A stretch of 64,000 nt of DNA from Felis catus (Eukaryota), in the NCBI RefSeq assembly GCF_018350175.1, contig NC_058368.1:131008001-131072000 (forward strand). The letters are read 5' to 3'. The notes under the pieces are model-generated. The model saw only the letters and a list, made by a program, of their open reading frames with translations, was not told the origin of the DNA and did no database searches. Shown here in pieces: positions 40,842 to 52,094 of the stretch (the stretch's first letter is position 1; each line of letters starts with the position of its first letter). The translations under genes and the position numbers were made by a program.

Positions 40842-41128
40842 TTTTTTTTTTAAGTTTATTTACTTATTTTGAGAGAAAGAGACAGAATGGGAATGGCAGA
40901 GAGAGAGGCAGAGGGACAGAGAGAGAATCCCAAGCAGGCTCTACACTGTCAGCACAGAGCCCAACAGGGCTCGAACTCACAAACTGTGAGATCATGACCT
41001 GAGTCGAAACCAAGAGTTGGGTCTACGGCCATACCACCCTGAACGCGCCCGATCTCGTCTGATCTCGGAAGCTAAGCAGGGTCGGGCCTGGTTAGTACTT
41101 GGATGGGAAACCAAGAGTTGGATGCTTA
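40842..41128 (-). mobile_element. CanSINE interrupted by the 5S copy; its 5' ~25 nt are missing
   Basis: Reverse SINE body; SINE sequence resumes after the 5S insert and stops at GATGCTTA. Confidence 0.9.
41021..41108 (+). pseudogene. RNA5S: Tailless 5S rRNA retropseudogene (5S nt 1-88)
   Basis: GTCTACGGCCATACCACCCTGAACGCGCCCGATCTCGTCTGATCTCGGAAGCTAAGCAGGGTCGGGCCTGGTTAGTACTTGGATGGGA matches mammalian 5S from +1; 15-bp TSD GAAACCAAGAGTTGG at 41006-41020 and 41107-41121; no poly(A). Confidence 0.97.
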
Positions 41129-41328
41129 TACAGACATATATACTATATATGTATACACATATGTACATATATGTATATTTTTAACATATACATAAAGTCT
41201 AGAGAACAATGTCGATGGGCACGTATCAGGCTATAAATATTAGTTACCTCAAAAGGATAAGACCAGGGGCTAGGGTGGATAAGTTACTTACTTTTTTTAA
41301 CACATATTTGTGTTAAAAATTTTTATAA

Positions 41329-41536
41329 GGGGCGCCTGGGTGGCGCAGTCGGTTAAGCGTCCGACTTCAGCCAGGTCACGATCTCGCGGTCCGTGAGTTC
41401 GAGCCCCGCGTCGGGCTCTGGGCTGATGGCTCGGAGCCTGGAGCCTGTTTCCGATTCTGTGTCTCCCTCTCTCTCTGCCCCTCCCCCATTCATGCTCTGT
41501 CTCTCTCTGTCCCAAAAATAAATAAACGTTGAAAAA
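41329..41536 (+). mobile_element. Very young CanSINE (SINEC_Fc-like)
   Basis: CpGs retained; TSD AAAAATTTTTATAA at 41315-41328 and 41537-41550. Confidence 0.97.
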
Positions 41537-42527
41537 AAAAATTTTTATAATGTGCATGTGATACATTATGATTCTAAATAATTAATTAAAAAGTATTAAA
41601 TGTCTTTAATCAGCAACAAAAGTTACAGTCAAATGACAAACGAACTCCAAATATCCAGTCAGAACTGTGTGAGAGAAAAATAAGAAGGCATATTGGCATG
41701 CATGTTCCAAGCTCTCTATGAAATGGAAGTACATGTTTTAAATAAAAAATGGAAACATGGCCAGCTTACTGACAACTTCCGACAAACGTAGAATCTGCCT
41801 GCTGGCAATTAACATTAAAAATCTGAACTGTCATAAGTGACTTCCAAATATGTCTCAAGACTTTCCTTCTTCTTAATTTCAAATGGTGTGCTTCCTCTCC
41901 ATATTTGCTTTCTGGACCTCCCCTTTTTTGGCAGAAGCATTAAGCAGCACCAGAAAACATTACTTTGGGTGCTTAAGCCTAGCACAATAATTTCAAATAG
42001 ATCTAATGTTGGCAAAAGAGGAAGAAAGCCGCTATTCTCTGCAATCTTATCCAGCTTCAGAAACAGAAACAGCTGCTTTACCTTTCACATGAAAGTACAA
42101 TCCCAAAGATGCACATCTCAGGTGAATCAGTTCTAGAAAGCAGCAACTTTCTCCTCACAGGAGGCCTGACAACACCGACTCTATCTTTGGCCCTCCATCT
42201 TGTTCATGCCTGTGCAGTGACCTCGCTGGGGCTGCATGTTCCAGGCCCCATGGAGGTTAACATATGCCCTGACTGGAGCTCAGGAAGGCTTCTCCTGAGC
42301 TCGCTTAAAGTGCCTCACAGAAGGCTCCACTTTAGATAGCTACCCTTTGACCTCATTACAATGCCCACCCCACTGCCCCGCTTTATAAAGGCTGTGTCAT
42401 AGTCTGCTGGAGAATAGGGTAGAGAATAACTACATAGTGCCTAGACCATTTGTTTGCCCCATCCTTCCTCCTGTCGGTAAGTCACCCTGAACAAAACCGT
42501 GAACGACTCGCATCATGTAGATGTCTT

Positions 42528-42739
42528 TTTTTTTTCCAACGTTTATTTATTTTTGGGACAGAGAGAGACAGAGCATGAACGGGGGAGGGGCAGAGAGAGA
42601 GGGAGACACAGAATCAGAAACAGGCTCCAGGCTCTGAGCCATCAGCCCAGAGCCTGAAGCGGGGCTCGAACTCACGGACCGCGAGATCGTGACCTGGCTG
42701 AAGTCGGACGCTTAACCGACTGCGCCACCCAGGCGCCCC
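42528..42739 (-). mobile_element. Very young CanSINE (same subfamily as the copy at 41329)
   Basis: TSD TCATGT(A/T)GATGTCTT. Confidence 0.97.
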
Positions 42740-43363
42740 TCATGTTGATGTCTTAAAGTGTCTTCTCAATGTGGAGACAACTTCAATGACCCTCCTCTAC
42801 CTTCTAACACTCCTTCTTAAAACCAGACAGGTGATATTTGCCTCCAGCTTCTGTTTGAACAGCTGAAATTTGTTTGATCTTGCATATTAGTACAGTAGGA
42901 GAGAAAAATGAGGATCTCAGATACTCTGGTTACAGCAGTCCGGGTATAGAGGGTGCAGCCAAGAATGTGGCTGATTTTCTGTTACGAAAAGTGGATCTCA
43001 AAGTGCTTTCTTCTCCTTTCCACACACTTCCATCACAAAGCAGTTCATTTCATATTGCAAATGAGAGACAGCTCGAGGTGCCAGGAAAGTCTTCTTCCCT
43101 GTAAAGGAAAAGCACTTTCTGCCTAAATGTGCCCTGTTGCAGCCCCTGGCAGGAAATGACCGGGTTACCAGAACAGAAAGGTCAGGGAAGGAAGAAAATG
43201 CCTCGTATGCAATCAGTCACCAATTACGGTTGACCAGCAGGAGAACAGATGTGAAATGAGTTTCTTCTGATTGGGTTTCTCTGTGTCTAAGCCAGTGAGC
43301 ATGCACGCCTCCAAATGAATAAATAAACCCCTTGCTATATGGACATATATACATGAATATATA

Positions 43364-44573
43364 TTTTTTCAGTGTTTTTTTTTTTTTAAAGTCCACACAG
43401 CTTCCCGATCTCTGTCCCTGCACTGGTTTGGTGACCCCATCTCTAATCCTGTCAATGATAGTGACAGGCCAGAAAGGAGACTGGGCCCCAGGGTGAGACA
43501 AGGCCTCAGTTTGAAGGCTGATTCCCCCCACCCACCTCTGGTCTCAGGGCCACGGTGGCCGTGGTGAGGCAGTGGGATGGAATGTGGGCGGGTGGCCAGG
43601 AAGCACCTCTGCCCTTGTAGCATAAGTATGGAGCAAGACACAGATGGGGCACAGGCCATGGCAGGGTGTCTACATGGGGCTGAGGACGGCTGTGTCCAAC
43701 CCCAGGAGCAGTGGTCTCCATTCTGTATTGTGCACAGGATGGAAGGGAGCCCCAATCCACCTCCCAGCATGCAAAAATATATGCATATATAGTACAGTAT
43801 ATGTTCCAATATGTATGTATATGGCGATATAGAATATAGAGGTATACACACCTATACAGAAAATGTTTGCCACCAACCATTAAATGGTTACACTACACCA
43901 AGACACTAAAATGCAAAGGCGCTCCCCTCCCAGAAGCCTGGGACCCTGGGGTTGGCATCATGGGGAACAGGGAGGTAGAGGCCCAGCTAGTCTCTTCCCT
44001 CACAGGAAAAGGGGACTAGAAGGAAGGAGATTGGCCCTGGACCTCGTCTGGCTGAGCAAACTGCAGCCACACTGCACTTCCAACCTTACAAAAGGACTGG
44101 CCTGTCCAGGCCTGTCCAGGCCTCCTTAACTCCAGGGTTAGACCAAAGCTGCTCTTTGACAGCTTGCCTCCTTGGTGAGCCTGAGCCAGGGGGTGGCATG
44201 GCCTGCTCTGGCCTACCAGGGCCGGGAAAGCAGGGCCTATGATTGTCAGGACTCAGGACCACACAGAGGTGGGACCAGGCTGACAGTGCCAGATCTCCCC
44301 AACTTCCAGCCCCTCCCGTCCTGGCCCTGCAGACCAAGAGCTACAAGCAGGAATCCCAGTGGAGTTGCAAGTCGTGACCGTGACTATCGAGGAAGTCCGT
44401 GGAGAAGAAGCTGGGGGCCGTGGTGCTGAGCGGGGCCGGGCTGAGCACGGGGCCACCCGACGACAGCTCCAGCCAGTCCATGCTGTCCAGGTGGCCGTCA
44501 GCCAGGTCCAGGCCCATGCTGCCGGGCTCAGGAGCAAAGTGCAATTCTGAGGTGTCCATGGGTGAGGGGGGGA
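43364..44573 (-). pseudogene. MRTFA: 5'-truncated processed copy of MRTFA/MKL1 (end of CDS plus 3'UTR)
   Basis: Minus-strand PPSPMDTSELHF...DGHLDSMDWLELSSGGPVLS...HDLQLHWDSCL* matches the MRTFA C-terminus; GC-rich UTR ending in A-runs; 19-bp TSD ATATATA(C/T)ATGAATATATA at 43345-43363 and 44574-44592. Confidence 0.92.
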
Positions 44574-44904
44574 ATATATATATGAATATATAAATTCCTC
44601 TCACAGGAAGCCCTCCAAGATTTCTCTGGTTAGCCTTGATTTCTCCTTCCTCATACTCTCACCCTTGACCTTTTATACCTTACCTTAACTCAGACCTTAA
44701 TTCCTGCACCCACAGATATTCCCTCTCCTAGTCCCAGTTGGAGAGGGCTGTGGCCTGGGAATCTTGCCCTAACACCTGGATTCCAGTGATGTACTGCCTA
44801 AGATGTGCCAGTTTTAGAGTCCTGGGGGCTGGAGGAGCAATGGGCAGCAGAAACCCAGGAATGATCTAGAGCCTATGTCATAGGCCCAGCAGCAAACACT
44901 GTAC

Positions 44905-45035
44905 ATACCTTTTCACAACTAGCCGCATTTTGCAGATGAGGAAACGGGGTCTTGGAGAGGTTAATGTGGCAGTAAGTGGCAGCCATGAAAGCTGAACCCA
45001 GGTCCTGTCTCACTCCAGAGCCCATACTCTTAACC
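44905..45035 (-). mobile_element. MIR
   Basis: CATTTTGCAGATGAGGAAAC...AGTAAGTGGCAG...GAACCCAGGTCCTGTCT core. Confidence 0.75.
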
Positions 45036-46607
45036 TCTAGGATACGCTGGTCTTGGGCCCTCACCCCAAGAAGGTCGGCTGGGCTGGGCTTGAGGTGGGG
45101 CCATCTTGCGCCTTGCTGCCGCAGGCCCAGTGGAAATGGACTTCGGGGTGGGAAAGGTGATGCAATCTCAGGTCTTGGTCCAGTAGAGGATCTGGGTGCC
45201 TTGCACCAGCCCTGCTGAGGCCTCGGGGGTGTCATCATCCCCAGTGAAATAAAGCGAGATACCTCCCCATAGGGCCAGCTGGCAGTGGCGCTGTGGGGGA
45301 ATCTACATGAAAGCCTCACATACTGGTCATACCCAGGGTCCCTTCAAACCTTGACACTGAACCTTTCAAGAGGCAAGCAGGCAGGTCCAGTGCCCATTTG
45401 ACAGAGGGGAACCCTGAGGCTCCATGAAGGGAAGGCTGAACCCCAGGAAGAAGCCCACCCCAGGGGCTAGAAGCCAGAGGGGCCCTGGCCTCCCCCAGCT
45501 GCTGCTTTGCTTGGATCCTTGCCTAGTTGGACTGAGCCAGTCTCCCTGAGCCCGGGGGCTGCCAGAGGTGGCCACAGCAGCCCCACCCGGTCTCCAGATT
45601 GTGGGAGAGTCCAGAAGCTTTGGACCAGTGGGCACCAAGCTCAGGAGAAACCAGGTGTTCACCATGAAGTGTGTGTGCCAGTCTGGGTGGCTCAAAAGGA
45701 GTGCCAGCTCGGGGAATAGAGGAGGGGTCTTTGGCCACACCATGTGTGTATGTGTGCATGTGTGTTTCATGTAAGTCTCTCCTTTGTTAGGTCGGGTTTA
45801 CCCACAGGGACAGAGAGATGTGTGCATGAAAAGGCTGGGGTGAGGGTGGGGATAAGCATACTTCCCGGTGTGTCCTGGAAAGTTCCCAGATAAGCCACGC
45901 GCGGAACAGTTTGGGGAAAACTTTGCCGGGCCCTGCCACCGCGTGGCCAGCTGCTTCGTGGCTGCAACGTCTCGGACAGTTTGCCAAGTCCTTTCCATGA
46001 AGTCAGTGGGACGTTCAATTAAATGGGTTAATAGGCTTTGTCTGATTCTGATGAATAATAATACTATAAGGTGATAATAGCAATAATGGTGCTAGCTGTG
46101 GTTATTACATGTGCCTGCACTGTTCCAGGCACGGAGGGGAGGTGCATTCCCACACACTCAGGCCTCATTTTCCTCTCATAAAATCCCATTCTTCAAAGCC
46201 TCCCAGCCCGACTCCCCTATATCCATTTTCAGGACAAATTACCAACAGTTAAGAAAAATTGGTCCATTTTGTGTGAAAGCCAAGTCCAAATTACTGCTAC
46301 TTTCCCCTTTATGTTTTGAAATTTAAAAATGGGTATGGCTGGGGAGCTGAGAGGGACATAGGGAATGGAGAGAGGAGGGAGAAGGGGAGAAAGGGGGGGA
46401 AATGTATGAACGAAGACAAAAAAACAAGTCTTGTTTTAGTAAAAATGTATTTCTGGAATGATGTTTCAGTTTACTCAGGCAGAAAAATTAGAAATGGTGT
46501 GCATATTAAGCAGGCTAAGTAAGCATAACTATTGTTAGTAGTGTAGTAAGACCTTGGGAATTTGGACCTCTGTAATAGATTCTATGATCATGCTGGCTGG
46601 CAGGCAC

Positions 46608-46615
46608 ATGTGTGC

Positions 46616-46651
<36 letters not shown>

Positions 46652-46661
46652 GTGTGTGTGT
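46608..46661. repeat. (TG)n microsatellite
   Basis: Read directly from the sequence. Confidence 0.95.
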
Positions 46662-46878
46662 ATGCCTGGGCTAGGGAAGAGTGCAAAGAGGTTGCCCTGT
46701 TGGAGGACTGGGGGCAGGGATCAGGGTGCAGTGAGGGGACAGAAGGGACAGGGATGGACTCCGTGCCTGTGACAGCTGTTTTAAAAATGTGAGCCCTCTT
46801 CTTAGGAAAAAAAAAAGCATTACAAATTACTCTCCTCTCGAACATTCCTCTTGGCACCTATTAATTTGGCATCCATTT

Positions 46879-47091
46879 GGGGTGCCTGGGTGGCTCAGTC
46901 GGTTAAGCGTCCGACTTCGGCTCAGGTCACGATCTCACGGTCCGTGAATTCGAGCCCCGCGTCGGGCTCTGGGCTGATGGCTCAGAGCCTGGAGGCTGCT
47001 TCCAATTCTGTGTCTCCCTCTCTCTCTGCCCCTCCCCCCTTCATGCTCTGTCTCTGTCTCAAAAATAAATAAAAACGTTAAAAAAAATTTT
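46879..47091 (+). mobile_element. Young CanSINE
   Basis: TSD TTAATTTGGCATCCATTT at 46861-46878 and 47092-47109. Confidence 0.97.
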
Positions 47092-47580
47092 TTAATTTGG
47101 CATCCATTTAAAGAAGAATGTATTGAATACAAAAATTTCATTTTTGTAAAAATCTGACGGTAAAGGTTTCCTTGACACTTGTCACACTGGCCTGCCCTCT
47201 AAATGAGGCTGAATCCTGAGGGTTGACAAGTCCTTTCAGGTAGGTGATGACTGACACCTGTGGGGTGAGGACAGGGATCTGCGGGCCGGCCACTCCCTGC
47301 CGTCCAAATTATAGGTCTTTGTATTTTTAAAATACTATTTATTGTTTCATGCCATCATTACAAAAGTAACACATGCTCAGTGCTAAAAACTTGGAAAAGA
47401 CAAATGAAAAAAAAAAATCCATTTCCCACCACCATGTGGTAGCTGGTGTTAACACTTCATGTACATCCGGATACTTCCCTGTGCATATGTAAAAGCAAAA
47501 CTGGTACTGCATTCGTATATCCATATATATATTCAAAGATACATTCATATACATATATGCATATTTATGCATATATATGC

Positions 47581-47615
<35 letters not shown>

Positions 47616-47620
47616 TATAT

Positions 47621-48073
47621 CCGGGGATGACCATGGCATGGGCCTGGCAGGGCAGTACCCTGGCCTGGGGGCAAAGGGTGGGTGGTGGAGTCTGGGGGAG
47701 AACAGGAGACCAACCTCCACGACTCCCCATGGGCCGACCGCCCCAACGGGAGGAAGACGGACGACCCCCCCAAAGGGTCTTTGAACCTCTGCACCAGGAC
47801 GCACTAGGTACCTGGATAGGGTGATGGCGGGTGAGGTGTGGGGACGGGGCTGCATGGCCACCACCTGGACGCCAACAACCCCAGCCGGGGCCGGCCCGCA
47901 GAGTGCCAGCCCCAATGCTGTTGGCCTGCGACATAGGCCCGGGTACCGCCCACAGACCCAGCTGCCGCCTCACTACGACATCATCCCCCAACACCCCCAC
48001 AATCCTTCCCCCACCCCCAGGACCCCCAGGGCTTCCCAGCGTACCCCCGCCAAACACCAACCAACCCTCGCTG
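47621..48073 (-). pseudogene. Orphan 45S pre-rRNA ITS1 fragment
   Basis: Minus strand CCAGGTACCTAGTGCGTCCTGGTGCAGAGGTTCAAAGACCCTTTGGGGGG (47765-47815) resembles the conserved mammalian ITS1 block CCAGGTACCTAGCGCGTTCCGGCGCGGAGGTTTAAAGACCCCTTGGGGGG as recalled, differing mainly by CpG decay; very GC-rich insert inside an AT microsatellite. Confidence 0.8.
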
Positions 48074-49358
48074 TATGAACACACATATGCGCGTATATAT
48101 GAACATACATATGAGCATATAGGATCCACTAGAGGATCAGTTTTTTAAAGTTTGTGTTTTTTCCAGATGAGCCAAATTTCTTTCTCTGGGTGGTGGATCA
48201 AAGTTGGGTTTTTATTCCATTCTTTTGCCATCATTTCAGCACGCTTTGAGGCTTGTTTCCCTTGATGGGACATTATTTCGAACGTCTGATGAACTCATCA
48301 CTGGGGAAAATCTAAATTCATCTTGAGACTGCTAAAAGGAGGAGGACTTAACAACATATTTGCCAGTATATACTGCAACTCAAGTAGATTTAGCTACCAC
48401 TTTTTTTTATATATAAAAACAGTCTTGATTTATTGTACTGAAAGAGAAGTTTGTCTTCTCTAAGTCTTGGATCCAGCCGAGCCAGTCCGATAACAAGAAG
48501 TAAGTTTCTATTTAATGAGACAATTTTTTGGAAAGCCTAACCCTTGATTAATAGCAAGCCTTACTGAAAGGCTATTCCAGGATTACCTGGAACACAGAGG
48601 AAGCTGTTACCAGGGAGAAGAGAAATGCAGACCTCTAGCCAAACCTTTTTATAACCTTGCAATCGCAACAATGCTGAGAAAGAGCCTTCTCACCCCTTTG
48701 TCCCAATACTAGATCTATGTCTGCAGTAATATTCCATTAGAGCCCTTTCACGCACCCACGTATGGACTACACAGCCACAGGATTCTGGAAAAGATTTTGG
48801 CTGAGAAACAGACTCGCTATTGTTTTGGTAGTTAGACATTTATTTCAATACGTACTAAAAACACATACAATGTTAAAAATAAATAAAATTAGCATGTGCC
48901 CATATGGATATTTTTGTTTAAGACAGACATTTAATTATGCAAAATAAGTGAGTCAACGTAAAGAAAATTTGTGCCTTAAGATGTGGCACAAATATAAGGT
49001 GATAATCAAAGGGTTAAGATTGAGGAAATCATGACCAGAGTTGCATTACCTTCTTCCTGAGGCCACCAAACACCTCTGACTTTACACAGCCTCCAGTAAT
49101 ATTGATGCATCCTCTCTGACACCTCACAAAACTGTTGTTTTTCCTTACCTTGCCGACCTCAGGCAGGTAGACCAGGTCCTGTGTCCGATTCTGTGACTTG
49201 CTCTGTGATCTCTAACAGTTACTTGATTCCTCTGAAGTTCAATTACTTTATTAGCAAAATAAACATAATCCCAGAAAGTACAAAAGCAGTAGCCAGACCC
49301 TAGAGGGTGGGGGAAATATGGTGAGGTTGTAAAAAAGTACAAACTTAAAAAACAATAA

Positions 49359-49961
49359 TACTAAGATATTAGGGAAAGATAGGATTCATTAAGCAGAAAG
49401 GTAGAGACTAAGATCGCTGGGTGGGAAGGAAAAAAAAAAACACTTATTTTGGAACAATGCTGGGAGCATCTGACCGTAGAAAACTCCCTCAAGCATAAGG
49501 TTCCTCTTAAGAATGTAACAGACCCCGCCTACTCCCCCTCAGGTTCCCCTTAGGAATTAGACAAAAGACCTGACTAAAAGGAAGTAATCTGTAGGACCCA
49601 CAAGGAACAGTAGGGCCTAAAACCACCCCTCAGACAATGGAAACAAGCTAATCAGAAAGGAATGACTAGGCATTTAGCGTTCCTAGCCAATAAGGGTAGA
49701 ACCTGAGAAGGAACAAGGGGGAAGATAAAGGAGCCAGCCACAACTCTATAAAACTAAGTCCCTGGCCTATAGTCCGCAGGCATTCACTTTCAAATGCCTC
49801 CTCTCTGTAAAGAGAGTTTCACACTATTCTTACTTTCTGATCTTATACTCTGATAAACTTTTGCCTGCTGCTCATTTTATTTGTGTCCACCTCTCCATTC
49901 TTCGAGGCAGTGAGACAACAAAGCCCAGGTCTTGAGGTGGAAAAAAAAAAATCCTGCAACA
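49359..49961 (+). mobile_element. Solo LTR (ERV1-like)
   Basis: 4-bp TSD ATAA at 49355-49358 and 49962-49965; CCAAT at ~49687, TATAAAA at ~49748, GATAAA, terminal ...GCAACA. Confidence 0.75.
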
Positions 49962-51434
49962 ATAATCCCGATGCTGACCTCATGGTCAATGCAGTAAGGT
50001 GAAAATATAGCGGTATTGGCAGAGTGAGTAAAGTTTCTGTACACAATGGTGAATCAGGCAATCATTCAGGGTGCCAGTGGATGAGGGGTTTTTGCAAAAG
50101 CCTTTATTCCATTTGCTGGGGATAAATAACACGTGCTTCCAGTCTACCCCTTTCCAGTTTGTTCAGAGAATGATGACTGAGATGATCATTTGGTCTTCTA
50201 TCAGAATCAAAAACCTGCAAATGAGTTAGTTCCACTTCTGCGAAGGTGGAGTAGACATACTTTTCTGTATTCCTTCCACTAGGCACACATAAAATCCCTG
50301 CGTGTGTTATAAGAAGACTCTGAAAGGTGGAGGGAAGGCAGACTGACTTGGGGCCTCAAGATCTGGGGAACACCCTATGGTCCTACAGGTTTTCTTCTTG
50401 TCTTATACATTGCAGACATACAGTTTAAGATACCGGCAAGTGGCAAACGTGAGCGGGCACAGAAAGAAGCAGCCATCCATCTAAAACCAAGAAAATTCTC
50501 TTCCGTCTAGCCAAAGAATCAGCAAAGAGACAGCCTAACAAGACACAAAACTTTCAGACAATCACCATCTACTTCGTAAGGTGGACATGATCACTGCTAG
50601 GTGATAACAAGACCTGCTCTCCATGCTGGATCACTGCAGATCATGTAGGGGACCTGGGCTTCAACCCCACATCTATCAGGAATGGCATGGTGTCAGAAAA
50701 GCGGAGGTAAAGAATTCTAACCAACCACCCAATGATAAAGAGGTGATCAAAATAAGAACCCCGATGGGATTTCTGTAGAATTTAGCAGCTCGTTTTAAAA
50801 TTCATACAGAGATAAAAGGACCTAAAATAGGAAAACATCTTAAAAACAAAACAACACAGAGTTGGTGCAGTAACTGACTACCTGATGTTAAGATTTATAA
50901 TCGAGCTTCAGTAATCTAGACAGTGGGATACTGAGATAAAGATAGAAAACTCGATCAGTGGAGGATAATAAAGAATACAGAAATAGATATATGCAGACAA
51001 ATAGTTTTTCACAAAGGTTCTGAAGCAGTTCAGTGGACAAAATCTTTGTGTTTTTGGATTCAGTAGTTATTTCATTGATATAATGCCAAAAGCATGATCC
51101 CTGAATTAAACAACCTCTTCAAAGTTAAACACTTGTGCTCCTTCACAAACACATTAAGAGTCAAGTCAGATTGGAGAAAATATTTGAAAGTCACACATGC
51201 GATATAAGACTTATATGTTGAATATAAAAGAACTCTCAAATTCAATAAAAAGAAAGCAATCTAAAAAAATGTGCAAGTGATTTGAACAAAAATTACTCCG
51301 CAGAAGATATACAAATGGCAGATCAGCACATGAAAAGCGGCTCAAAACTCTTAACCATTACAGAATTGCAAATTAAAGCACAGTGAGATCCTTCCACACC
51401 CTTATTAGAATGTCTAAAGTTAAAAAGGAAAACT

Positions 51435-51647
51435 GGGGCACCTGGGTGCCTCAGTCAGTTGAGCATCTGACTTTGGCCCAGGTCATGATCCCAGGCTTTG
51501 TGGGTTCGAGCCCCTCGTCGGGCTCTGTGCTGATAGCTTGGAGCCTGGAGCCTGCTTTGGATTCTGTGTCTCCCTTGCTCTCTGCCCCTCCCCCGCTCAT
51601 GTTCTATCTCTCTCTCAAAAATAAACATTAAGAAAAAATTTTTTAAT
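51435..51647 (+). mobile_element. CanSINE nested in old L1
   Basis: SINE head, CT region and tail. Confidence 0.92.
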
Positions 51648-51897
51648 GGAAAAGATTAACCTGATAAAGTGTTGGCAAGGATGTGTAAGAATCAGAACTC
51701 TTATCCCCTGCTGGTAGGAATGCAAAATAGCCCAACCACTGTGGAAAACAGTTTGATGTTTGTTTTGTTTTTGTTTTTTTTTTTCAATGAGAAAAATGCT
51801 TTGTTTTTAATAACGAGTATTGTTATTGAGAAATATTAATATGTGTATTATACTTTGGAATTATTTTATCACAAATCCTTAAAATAATAAAATGTTC

Positions 51898-52094
51898 TTT
51901 TTTTAATGAAATTGTCAAATTGGTTTCTGTACAACACCCAGTGCTCATCCCAACAGGTGCCCTCAATACCCATCACCAACACACCCCTCCCTCCCACCCC
52001 CCATAAACCCTCAGTTTGTTCTCAGTTTTTGGGAGTCTCTTATGTTTTGGCTCCCTCCCTCTCTAACCATTTTTTTTCTTCCCCTCCACCATGG
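51898..52094 (-). mobile_element. Short 5'-truncated young L1 3'UTR
   Basis: Reverse complement matches ~22897-23110 of the young L1. Confidence 0.9.

Noticed and set aside
41021..41108. Functional 5S rRNA gene
   Set aside because: It lacks the 3' third and the oligo-T terminator, is single-copy and is flanked by a TSD.
44341..44604. Genuine last exon of the MRTFA gene
   Set aside because: Homology stops abruptly at a TSD, no upstream MRTFA exons are present and the copy ends in A-runs, all indicating a retrocopy.
47545..48148. Several overlapping 85-194 aa Pro/Gly-rich ORFs
   Set aside because: By-products of the GC-rich ITS1-like insert and stop-poor TA repeats.
48727..48827. Plus-strand frame NIPLEPFHAPTYGLHSHRILEKILAEKQTRYCF
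   Set aside because: Weak donor (gtagtt) and no partner exons or recognised homology.
49149..49231. Minus-strand exon-like segment with an AAG|gtaagg donor
   Set aside because: The sequence looks MIR-derived, the acceptor is weak and the peptide is unrecognisable.
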